From the human T2T-CHM13v2.0 reference genome, Homo sapiens, in NCBI RefSeq assembly GCF_009914755.1, contig NC_060937.1: DNA of 64,000 nucleotides; one strand, given 5' to 3'. The number at the start of each line of letters is the position of its first letter. Position 1 is the stretch's first letter. This document shows, in pieces, positions 30,801 to 45,115 of the stretch. A model generated the notes under the pieces. That model saw nothing but the letters and a program-made list of their open reading frames with translations, had not been told where the DNA came from and searched no databases. The translations under genes were made by a program, and so were the position numbers.

Positions 30801-33800
30801 TCAAATATATATTTAATTCTGTACATAAAATATCAAAGTACACCAAATATATATTCTATACTGTACATAAAATATCAAAGTACCCAAACTATACATTATA
30901 TACTGTACATAAAATATGAAATTACATCAAATATATATTATATTAGGTACATAAAATATGAAAGTACATCAAATATAGATTATACACTGTACATAAAATA
31001 CCAAAGAACCCCAAATATATATTATATACTGTACATGAAATATCAAAGTTCACAAACTATATATTATATAATGTACATAAAATATCAAAGTACCCAAGGT
31101 ATATATTCTATACTGTACAAAAAATATCAAAGTACGCAAACATGTATTATATACTGTACATAAAATATGAAATTACATCAAATATATATTATATTAGGTA
31201 CATAAAATATGAAAGTACATCAAATATACATTATATAATGTACATAAAATACCAAAGTACCCCAAATATATATTATATACTGTACATGAAATATCAAAGT
31301 TCACAAACTATATATTATATACTGTACATAAAATATCAAAGTACCGAAGGGATATATTCTATAATGTACAAAGAATATCAAAGTACCCAAAGCATGTATT
31401 ATATACTGTACATAAAATATGAAAGTACATGAAATATATATTTTATTCTGTACATAAAATATCAAAGTACACCAAATATATATTCTATAGTGTACATAAA
31501 ATATCAAAGTACCCAGACTATACATTATATACTGTACATAAAACATGAAATTACATCCAATATATATTATATTTGGTACATAAAATATGAAAGTACATCA
31601 AATATAAATTATATACTGTACATAAAATACCAAAGTACCCCAAATATATATTATATACTGTACATGAAATATCAAAGTTCACAAACTATATATTATATAC
31701 TGTACATAAAATATCAAAGTACCCAAGGTATATATTCTATACTGTACAAAAAATATCAAAGTTCCCAAAGCATGTATTATATACTGTTAATAAAATATGA
31801 AAGTACATCAAATATATATTTAATTCTGTACATAAAATATCAAAGTACACCAAATATATATTCTATAGTGTACATAAAATATCAAAGTACCCAAACTATA
31901 CATTATATACTGTACATAAAATATGAAATTACATCAAATATATATTATATTAGGTACATAAAATATGAAAGTACATCAAATATAGATTATATACTGTACA
32001 TAAAATACCAAAGTACCCCAAATACATATTATATACTGTACATGAAATATCAAAGTTCACAAACTATATATTGTATACTGTACATAAAATATCAAAATAC
32101 CGAAGGGATATATTCTATACTGTACAAAAAATATCAAAGTACCCAAAGCATGTATTATATACTGTACATAAAATATGAAAGTACATGAAATATATATTTT
32201 ATTCTGTACATAAAATATCAAAGTACACCAAATATATATTCTATAGTGTACATAAAATATCAAAGTACCCAGACTATACATTATATACTGTACATAAAAC
32301 ATGAAATTACATCCAATATATATTATATTAGGTACATAAAATATGAAAGTACATCAAATATAAATTATATACTGTACATAAAATACCAAAGTACCCCAAA
32401 TATATATTATATACTGTACATGAAATATCAAAGTTCACAAACTATATATTATATACTGTACATAAAATATCAAAGTACCCAAGGTATATATTCTATACTG
32501 TACAAAAAATATCAAAGTACCCAAAGCATGTATTATATAGTGTATATAAAATATGAAAGTACATCAAATATATATTTAATTCTGTACATAAAATATCAAA
32601 GTACACCAAATATATATTCTATAGTGTACATTAAATATCAAACTACCCAAACTATACATTATATACTGTACATAAAATATGAAATTACATCAAATATATA
32701 TTATATTAGGTACATAAAATATGAAAGTACATCAAATATAGATTATACACTGTACATAAAATACCAAAGAACCCCAAATATATATTATATACTGTACATG
32801 AAATATCAAAGTTCACAAACTATATATTATATACTGTACATAAAATATCAAAGTACCCAAGGTATATATTCTATACTGTACAAAAAATATCAAAGTACCC
32901 AAAGCATGTATTATATAGTGTATATAAAATATGAAAGTACATCAAATATATATTTAATTCTGTACATAAAATATCAAAGTACACCAAATATATATTCTAT
33001 ACTGTACATAAAATATCAAAGTACCCAAACTATACATTATATACTGTACAGAAAATATGAAATTACATCAAATATATATTATATTAGGTACATAAAATAT
33101 GAAAGTACATCAAATATAGATTATACACTGTACATAAAATACCAAAGAACCCCAAATATATATTATATACTGTACATGAAATATCAAAGTTCACAAACTA
33201 TATATTATATAATCTACATAAAATATCAAAGTACCCAAGGTATATATTCTATACTGTACAAAAAATATCAAAGTACGCAAACATGTATTATATACTGTAC
33301 ATAAAATATGAAATTACATCAAATATATATTATATTAGGTACATAAAATATGAAAGTACATCAAATATACATTATATAATATACATAAAATACCAAAGTA
33401 CCCCAAATATATATTATATACTGTACATGAAATATCAAAGTTCACAAACTATATATTATATACTGTACATAAAATATCAAAGTACCGAAGGGATATATTC
33501 TATAATGTACAAAAAATATCAAAGTACCCAAAGCATGTATTATATACTGTACATAAAATATGAAAGTACATGAAATATATATTTTATTCTGTACATAAAA
33601 TATCAAAGTACACCAAATATATATTCTATAGTGTACATAAAATATCAAAGTACCCAGACTATACATTATATACTGTACATAAAACATGAAATTACATCCA
33701 ATATATATTATATTTGGTACATAAAATATGAAAGTACATCAAATATAAATTATATACTGTACATAAAATACCAAAGTACCCCAAATATATATTATATACT

Positions 33801-34911
33801 GTACATGAAATATCAAAGTTCACAAACTATATATTATATACTGTACATAAAATATCAAAGTACCCAAGGTATATATTCTATACTGTACAAAAAATATCAA
33901 AGTTCCCAAAACATGTATTATATACTGTTAATAAAATATGAAAGTACATCAAATATATATTTAATTCTGTACATAAAATATCAAAGTACACCAAATATAT
34001 ATTCTATAGTGTACATAAAATATCAAAGTACCCAAACTATACATTATATACTGTACATAAAATATGAAATTACATCAAATATATATTATATTAGGTACAT
34101 AAAATATGAAAGTACATCAAATATAGATTATATACTGTACATAAAATACCAAAGTACCCCAAATACATATTATATACTGTACATGAAATATCAAAGTTCA
34201 CAAACTATATATTATATACTGTACATAAAATATCAAAGTACCCAAGGTATATATTCTATACTGTACAAAAAATATCAAAGTACCCAAAGGAAGTATTATA
34301 TACTGTACATAAAATATGAAAGTACATCAAATATATATTTTATTCTGTACATAAAATATCAAAGTACACCAAATATATATTCTATAGTGTACATAAAATA
34401 TCAAAGTACCCAAACTATACATTATACACTGTACATAAAATATGAAATTACATCAAATATATATTATATTAGGTACATAAAATATGAAAGTACATCAAAT
34501 ATAGATTATACACTGTACATAAAATACCAAAGAACCCCAAATATATAATATATACTGTACATGAAATATCAAAGTTCACAAACTATATATTATATACTGT
34601 ACATAAAATATCAAAGTACCCAAGGTATATATTCTATACTGTACAAAAAATATGAAAGTACCCAAAGCATGTATTATATACTGTACATAAAATATGAAAG
34701 TACATCAAATATATATTTTATTCTGTACATAAAATATCAAAGTACACCAAATATATATTCTATGGTGTACATAAAATATCAAAGTACCCAAACTATACAT
34801 TATATACTGTACATAAAATATGAAATTACTTCAAATATATATTATATTAGGTACATAAAATATGAAAGTACATCAAATATAAATTATATACTGTACATAA
34901 AATACCAAAGA
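24836..34911 (+). repeat. 10,076-bp tandem duplication, copy 1
   Basis: Every ORF from 25067 to 34561 has a counterpart exactly 10,076 bp downstream (25067/35143, 26626/36702, 29001/39077, 30105/40181, 33631/43707, 34561/44637). The private variant TAGGAAAGTACAAC occurs at 24995 and 35071. Confidence 0.93.
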
Positions 34912-37900
34912 ACCCCAAATATATATTATATACTGTACATGAAATATCAAAGTTCACAAACTATATATTATATACTGTACATAAAATATCAAAGTACCCA
35001 AGGTATATATTCTATACTGTACAAAAAATATCAAAGTACCCAAAGCATGTATTATATAGTGTATATAAAATAGGAAAGTACAACAAATATATATTTAATT
35101 CTGTACATAAAATATCAAAGTACACCAAATATATATTCTATAGTGTACATTAAATATCAAACTACCCAAACTATACATTATATACTGTACATAAAATATG
35201 AAATTACATCAAATATATATTATATTAGGTACATAAAATATGAAAGTACATCAAATATAGATTATACACTGTACATAAAATACCAAAGAACCCCAAATAT
35301 ATATTATATACTGTACATGAAATATCAAAGTTCACAAACTATATATTATATAATGTACATAAAATATCAAAGTACCCAAGGTATATATTCTATACTGTAC
35401 AAAAAATATCAAAGTACGCAAACATGTATTATATACTGTACATAAAATATGAAATTACATCAAATATATATTATATTAGGTACATAAAATATGAAAGTAC
35501 ATCAAATATACATTATATAATGTACATAAAATACCAAAGTACCCCAAATATATATTATATACTGTACATGAAATATCAAAGTTCACAAACTATATATTAT
35601 ATACTGTACATAAAATATCAAAGTACCGAAGGGATATATTCTATAATGTACAAAAAATATCAAAGTACCCAAAGCATGTATTATATACTGTACATAAAAT
35701 ATGAAAGTACATGAAATATATATTTTATTCTGTACATAAAATATCAAAGTACACCAAATATATATTCTATAGTGTACATAAAATATCAAAGTATCCAGAC
35801 TATACATTATATACTGTACATAAAACATGAAATTACATCCAATATATATTATATTTGGTACATAAAATATGAAAGTACATCAAATATAAATTATATACTG
35901 TACATAAAATACCAAAGTACCCCAAATATATATTATATACTGTACATGAAATATCAAAGTTCACAAACTATATATTATATACTGTACATAAAATATCAAA
36001 GTACCCAAGGTATATATTCTATACTGTACAAAAAATATCAAAGTTCCCAAAGCATGTATTATATACTGTTAATAAAATATGAAAGTACATCAAATATATA
36101 TTTAATTCTGTACATAAAATATCAAAGTACACCAAATATATATTCTATAGTGTACATAAAATATCAAAGTACCCAAACTATACATTATATACTGTACATA
36201 AAATATGAAATTACATCAAATATATATTATATTAGGTACATAAAATATGAAAGTACATCAAATATATATTATATACTGTACATAAAATACCAAAGTACCC
36301 CAAATACATATTATATACTGTACATGAAATATCAAAGTTCACAAACTATATATTGTATACTGTACATAAAATATCAAAGTACCGAAGGGATATATTCTAT
36401 ACTGTACAAAAAATATCAAAGTACCCAAAGCATGTATTATATACTGTACATAAAATATGAAAGTACATGAAATATATATTTTATTCTGTACATAAAATAT
36501 CAAAGTACACCAAATATATATTCTATAGTGTACATAAAATATCAAAGTACCCAGACTATACATTATATACTGTACATAAAACATGAAATTACATCCAATA
36601 TATATTATATTAGGTACATAAAATATGAAAGTACATCAAATATAAATTATATACTGTACATAAAATACCAAAGTACCCCAAATATATATTATATACTGTA
36701 AATGAAATATCAAAGTTCACAAACTATATATTATATACTGTACATAAAATATCAAAGTACCCAAGGTATATATTCTATACTGTACAAAAAATATCAAAGT
36801 ACCCAAAGCATGTATTATATAGTGTATATAAAATATGAAAGTACATCAAATATATATTTAATTCTGTACATAAAATATCAAAGTACACCAAATATATATT
36901 CTATAGTGTACATTAAATATCAAACTACCCAAACTATACATTATATACTGTACATAAAATATGAAATTACATCAAATATATATTATATTAGGTACATAAA
37001 ATATGAAAGTACATCAAATATAGATTATATACTGTACATAAAATACCAAAGAACCCCAAATATATATTATATACTGTACATGAAATATCAAAGTTCACAA
37101 ACTATATATTATATACTGTACATAAAATATCAAAGTACCCAAGGTATATATTCTATACTGTACAAAAAATATCAAAGTACCCAAAGCATGTATTATATAG
37201 TGTATATAAAATATGAAAGTACATCAAATATATATTTAATTCTGTACATAAAATATCAAAGTACACCAAATATATATTCTATACTGTACATAAAATATCA
37301 AAGTACCCAAACTATACATTATATACTGTACATAAAATATGAAATTACATCAAATATATATTATATTATGTACATAAAATATGAAAGTACATCAAATATA
37401 GATTATACACTGTACATAAAATACCAAAGAACCCCAAATCTATATTATATACTGTACATGAAATATCAAAGTTCACAAACTATATATTATATACTGTACA
37501 TAAAATATCAAAGTACGCAAGGTATATATTCTATACTGTACAAAAAATATCAAAGTTCCCAAAGCATGTATTATATACTGTTAATAAAATATGAAAGTAC
37601 ATCAAATATATATTTAATTCTGTACATAAAATATCAAAGTACACCAAATATATATTCTATAGTGTACATAAAATATCAAAGTACCCAAACTATACATTAT
37701 ATACTGTACATAAAATATGAAATTACATCAAATATATATTATATTAGGTACATAAAATATGAAAGTACATCAAATATATATTATATACTGTACATAAAAT
37801 ACCAAAGTACCCCAAATACATATTATATACTGTACATGAAATATCAAAGTTCACAAACTATATATTGTATACTGTACATAAAATATCAAAGTACCGAAGG

Positions 37901-40900
37901 GATATATTCTATACTGTACAAAAAATATCAAAGTACCCAAAGCATGTATTATATACTGTACATAAAATATGAAAGTACATGAAATATATATTTTATTCTG
38001 TACATAAAATATCAAAGTACACCAAATATATATTCTATAGTGTACATAAAATATCAAAGTACCCAGACTATACATTATATACTGTACATAAAACATGAAA
38101 TTACATCCAATATATATTATATTAGGTACATAAAATATGAAAGTACATCAAATATAAATTATATACTGTACATAAAATACCAAAGTACCCCAAATATATA
38201 TTATATACTGTACATGAAATATCAAAGTTCACAAACTATATATTATATACTGTACATAAAATATCAAAGTACCCAAGGTATATATTCTATACTGTACAAA
38301 AAATATCAAAGTACCCAAAGCATGTATTATATAGTGTATATAAAATATGAAAGTACATCAAATATATATTTAATTCTGTACATAAAATATCAAAGTACAC
38401 CAAATATATATTCTATAGTGTACATTAAATATCAAACTACCCAAACTATACATTATATACTGTACATAAAATATGAAATTACATCAAATATATATTATAT
38501 TAGGTACATAAAATATGAAAGTACATCAAATATAGATTATACACTGTACATAAAATACCAAAGAACCCCAAATATATATTATATACTGTACATGAAATAT
38601 CAAAGTTCACAAACTATATATTATATACTGTACATAAAATATCAAAGTACCCAAGGTATATATTCTATACTGTACAAAAAATATCAAAGTACCCAAAGCA
38701 TGTATTATATAGTGTATATAAAATATGAAAGTACATCAAATATATATTTAATTCTGTACATAAAATATCAAAGTACACCAAATATATATTCTATACTGTA
38801 CATAAAATATCAAAGTACCCAAACTATACATTATATACTGTACATAAAATATGAAATTACATCAAATATATATTATATTAGGTACATAAAATATGAAAGT
38901 ACATCAAATATAGATTATACACTGTACATAAAATACCAAAGAACCCCAAATATATATTATATACTGTACATGAAATATCAAAGTTCACAAACTATATATT
39001 ATATAATGTACATAAAATATCAAAGTACCCAAGGTATATATTCTATACTGTACAAAAAATATCAAAGTACGCAAACATGTGTTATATACTGTACATAAAA
39101 TATGAAATTACATCAAATATATATTATATTAGGTACATAAAATATGAAAGTACATCAAATATACATTATATAATGTACATAAAATACCAAAGTACCCCAA
39201 ATATATATTATATACTGTACATGAAATATCAAAGTTCACAAACTATATATTATATACTGTACATAAAATATCAAAGTACCGAAGGGATATATTCTATAAT
39301 GTACAAAAAATATCAAAGTACCCAAAGCATGTATTATATACTGTACATAAAATATGAAAGTACATGAAATATATATTTTATTCTGTACATAAAATATCAA
39401 AGTACACCAAATATATATTCTATAGTGTACATAAAATATCAAAGTACCCAGACTATACATTATATACTGTACATAAAACATGAAATTACATCCAATATAT
39501 ATTATATTTGGTACATAAAATATGAAAGTACATCAAATATAAATTATATACTGTACATAAAATACCAAAGTACCCCAAATATATATTATATACTGTACAT
39601 GAAATATCAAAGTTCACAAACTATATAATATATACTGTACATAAAATATCAAAGTACCCAAGGTATATATTCTATATTGTACAAAAAATATCAAAGTACC
39701 CAAAGCATGTATTATATACTGTTAATAAAATATGAAAGTACATCAAATATATATTTAATTCTGTACATAAAATATCAAAGTACACCAAATATATATTCTA
39801 TAGTGTACATAAAATATCAAAGTACCCAAACTATACATTATAGACTGTACATAAAATATGAAATTACATCAAATATATATTATATTAGGTACATAAAATA
39901 TGAAAGTACATCAAATATATATTATATACTGTACATAAAATACCAAAGTACCCCAAATACATATTATATACTGTACATGAAATATCAAAGTTCACAAACT
40001 ATATATTGTATACTGTACATAAAATATCAAAGTACCGAAGGGATATATTCTATAGTGTACAAAAAATATCAAAGTACCCAAAGCATGTATTATATACTGT
40101 ACATAAAATATGAAAGTACATGAAATATATATTTTATTCTGTACATAAAATATCAAAGTACACCAAATATATATTCTATAGTGTACATAAAATATCAAAG
40201 TACCCAGACTATACATTATATACTGTACATAAAACATGAAATTACATCCAATATATATTATATTAGGTACATAAAATATGAAAGTACATCAAATATAAAT
40301 TATATACTGTACATAAAATACCAAAGTACCCCAAATATATATCATATACTGTACATGAAATATCAAAGTTCACAAACTATATATTATATACTGTACATAA
40401 AATATCAAAGTACCCAAGGTATATATTCTATACTGTACAAAAAATATCAAAGTACCCAAAACATGTATTATATAGTGTATATAAAATATGAAAGTACATC
40501 AAATATATATTTAATTCTGTACATAAATTATCAAAGTACACCAAATATATATTCTATAGTGTACATTAAATATCAAACTACCCAAACTATACATTATATA
40601 CTGTACATAAAATATGAAATTACATCAAATATATATTATATTAGGTACATAAAATATGAAAGTACATCAAATATAGATTATACACTGTACATAAAATACC
40701 AAAGAACCCCAAATATATATTATATGCTGTACATGAAATATCAAAGTTCACAAACTATATATTATATACTGTACATAAAATATCAAAGTACCCAAGGTAT
40801 ATATTCTATACTGTACAAAAAATATCAAAGTACCCAAAGCATGTATTATATAGTGTATATAAAATATGAAAGTACATCAAATATATATTTAATTCTGTAC

Positions 40901-43900
40901 ATAAAATATCAAAGTACACCAAATATATATTCTATACTGTACATAAAATATCAAAGTACCCAAACTATACATTATATACTGTACATAAAATATGAAATTA
41001 CATCAAATATATATTATATTAGGTACATAAAATATGAAAGTACATCAAATATAGATTATACACTGTACATAAAATACCAAAGAACCCCAAATATATATTA
41101 TATACTGTACATGAAATATCAAAGTTCACAAACTATATATTATATAATGTACATAAAATATCAAAGTACCCAAGGTATATATTCTATACTGTACAAAAAA
41201 TATCAAAGTACGCAAACATGTATTATATACTGTACATAAAATATGAAATTACATCAAATATATATTATATTAGGTACATAAAATATGAAAGTACATCAAA
41301 TATACATTATATAATGTACATAAAATACCAAAGTACCCCAAATATATATTATATACTGTACATGAAATATCAAAGTTCACAAACTATATATTATATACTG
41401 TACATAAAATATCAAAGTACCGAAGGGATATATTCTATAATGTACAAAGAATATCAAAGTACCCAAAGCATGTATTATATACTGTACATAAAATATGAAA
41501 GTACATGAAATATATATTTTATTCTGTACATAAAATATCAAAGTACACCAAATATATATTCTATAGTGTACATAAAATATCAAAGTACCCAGACTATACA
41601 TTATATACTGTACATAAAACATGAAATTACATCCAATATATATTATATTTGGTACATAAAATATGAAAGTACATCAAATATAAATTATATACTGTACATA
41701 AAATACCAAAGTACCCCAAATATATATTATATACTGTACATGAAATATCAAAGTTCACAAACTATATATTATATACTGTACATAAAATATCAAAGTACCC
41801 AAGGTATATATTCTATACTGTACAAAAAATATCAAAGTTCCCAAAGCATGTATTATATACTGTTAATAAAATATGAAAGTACATCAAATATATATTTAAT
41901 TCTGTACATAAAATATCAAAGTACACCAAATATATATTCTATAGTGTACATAAAATATCAAAGTACCCAAACTATACATTATATACTGTACATAAAATAT
42001 GAAATTACATCAAATATATATTATATTAGGTACATAAAATATGAAAGTACATCAAATATAGATTATATACTGTACATAAAATACCAAAGTACCCCAAATA
42101 CATATTATATACTGTACATGAAATATCAAAGTTCACAAACTATATATTGTATACTGTACATAAAATATCAAAATACCGAAGGGATATATTCTATACTGTA
42201 CAAAAAATATCAAAGTACCCAAAGCATGTATTATATACTGTACATAAAATATGAAAGTACATGAAATATATATTTTATTCTGTACATAAAATATCAAAGT
42301 ACACCAAATATATATTCTATAGTGTACATAAAATATCAAAGTACCCAGACTATACATTATATACTGTACATAAAACATGAAATTACATCCAATATATATT
42401 ATATTAGGTACATAAAATATGAAAGTACATCAAATATAAATTATATACTGTACATAAAATACCAAAGTACCCCAAATATATATTATATACTGTACATGAA
42501 ATATCAAAGTTCACAAACTATATATTATATACTGTACATAAAATATCAAAGTACCCAAGGTATATATTCTATACTGTACAAAAAATATCAAAGTACCCAA
42601 AGCATGTATTATATAGTGTATATAAAATATGAAAGTACATCAAATATATATTTAATTCTGTACATAAAATATCAAAGTACACCAAATATATATTCTATAG
42701 TGTACATTAAATATCAAACTACCCAAACTATACATTATATACTGTACATAAAATATGAAATTACATCAAATATATATTATATTAGGTACATAAAATGTGA
42801 AAGTACATCAAATATAGATTATACACTGTACATAAAATACCAAAGAACCCCAAATATATATTATATACTGTACATGAAATATCAAAGTTCACAAACTATA
42901 TATTATATACTGTACATAAAATATCAAAGTACCCAAGGTATATATTCTATACTGTACAAAAAATATCAAAGTACCCAAAGCATGTATTATATAGTGTATA
43001 TAAAATATGAAAGTACATCAAATATATATTTAATTCTGTACATAAAATATCAAAGTACACCAAATATATATTCTATACTGTACATAAAATATCAAAGTAC
43101 CCAAACTATACATTATATACTGTACAGAAAATATGAAATTACATCAAATATATATTATATTAGGTACATAAAATATGAAAGTACATCAAATATAGATTAT
43201 ACACTGTACATAAAATACCAAAGAACCCCAAATATATATTATATACTGTACATGAAATATCAAAGTTCACAAACTATATATTATATAATCTACATAAAAT
43301 ATCAAAGTACCCAAGGTATATATTCTATACTGTACAAAAAATATCAAAGTACGCAAACATGTATTATATACTGTACATAAAATATGAAATTACATCAAAT
43401 ATATATTATATTAGGTACATAAAATATGAAAGTACATCAAATATACATTATATAATGTACATAAAATACCAAAGTACCCCAAATATATATTATATACTGT
43501 ACATGAAATATCAAAGTTCACAAACTATATATTATATACTGTACATAAAATATCAAAGTACCGAAGGGATATATTCTATAATGTACAAAAAATATCAAAG
43601 TACCCAAAGCATGTATTATATACTGTACATAAAATATGAAAGTACATGAAATATATATTTTATTCTGTACATAAAATATCAAAGTACACCAAATATATAT
43701 TCTATAGTGTACATAAAATATCAAAGTACCCAGACTATACATTATATACTGTACATAAAACATGAAATTACATCCAATATATATTATATTTGGTACATAA
43801 AATATGAAAGTACATCAAATATAAATTATATACTGTACATAAAATACCAAAGTACCCCAAATATATATTATATACTGTACATGAAATATCAAAGTTCACA

Positions 43901-44987
43901 AACTATATATTATATACTGTACATAAAATATCAAAGTACCCAAGGTATATATTCTATACTGTACAAAAAATATCAAAGTTCCCAAAACATGTATTATATA
44001 CTGTTAATAAAATATGAAAGTACATCAAATATATATTTAATTCTGTACATAAAATATCAAAGTACACCAAATATATATTCTATAGTGTACATAAAATATC
44101 AAAGTACCCAAACTATACATTATATACTGTACATAAAATATGAAATTACATCAAATATATATTATATTAGGTACATAAAATATGAAAGTACATCAAATAT
44201 AGATTATATACTGTACATAAAATACCAAAGTACCCCAAATACATATTATATACTGTACATGAAATATCAAAGTTCACAAACTATATATTATATACTGTAC
44301 ATAAAATATCAAAGTACCCAAGGTATATATTCTATACTGTACAAAAAATATCAAAGTACCCAAAGGAAGTATTATATACTGTACATAAAATATGAAAGTA
44401 CATCAAATATATATTTTATTCTGTACATAAAATATCAAAGTACACCAAATATATATTCTATAGTGTACATAAAATATCAAAGTACCCAAACTATACATTA
44501 TACACTGTACATAAAATATGAAATTACATCAAATATATATTATATTAGGTACATAAAATATGAAAGTACATCAAATATAGATTATACACTGTACATAAAA
44601 TACCAAAGAACCCCAAATATATAATATATACTGTACATGAAATATCAAAGTTCACAAACTATATATTATATACTGTACATAAAATATCAAAGTACCCAAG
44701 GTATATATTCTATACTGTACAAAAAATATGAAAGTACCCAAAGCATGTATTATATACTGTACATAAAATATGAAAGTACATCAAATATATATTTTATTCT
44801 GTACATAAAATATCAAAGTACACCAAATATATATTCTATGGTGTACATAAAATATCAAAGTACCCAAACTATACATTATATACTGTACATAAAATATGAA
44901 ATTACTTCAAATATATATTATATTAGGTACATAAAATATGAAAGTACATCAAATATAAATTATATACTGTACATAAAATACCAAAGA
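34912..44987 (+). repeat. 10,076-bp tandem duplication, copy 2
   Basis: Same offsets as copy 1. Identity at this offset is bounded by mismatches at 24835/34911 on the left and 35040/45116 on the right. Confidence 0.93.
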
Positions 44988-45115
44988 ACCCCAAATATAT
45001 ATTATATACTGTACATGAAATATCAAAGTTCACAAACTATATATTATATACTGTACATAAAATATCAAAGTACCCAAGGTATATATTCTATACTGTACAA
45101 AAAATATCAAAGTAC

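Larger units (their letters stand above)
15810..45115 (+). repeat. Domain B: homogeneous array of a 2141-bp (51-monomer) nested higher-order repeat and its truncated variants
   Basis: Near-identical ORFs start at 16000, 18140, 20281; 27964, 30105, 32246; and 38040, 40181, 42322 (spacing 2140-2141). Diagnostic variants are CCCAGACT, AAACATGAAATTACATCC, CGAAGGG, GTACATGAAATATATATTTT, TTTGGTAC, AGTTCCC, CTGTTAATA and ACGCAAACATG. Confidence 0.92.

Noticed and set aside
15811-43763. Recurrent 81-aa hydrophobic minus-strand ORFs (MFYVQY...) as small membrane proteins or toxins
   Set aside because: They exist only because B-domain variants create an ATG (from AAACAT) and remove stops. The recurrence reflects DNA duplication and the hydrophobicity reflects the T-rich strand.
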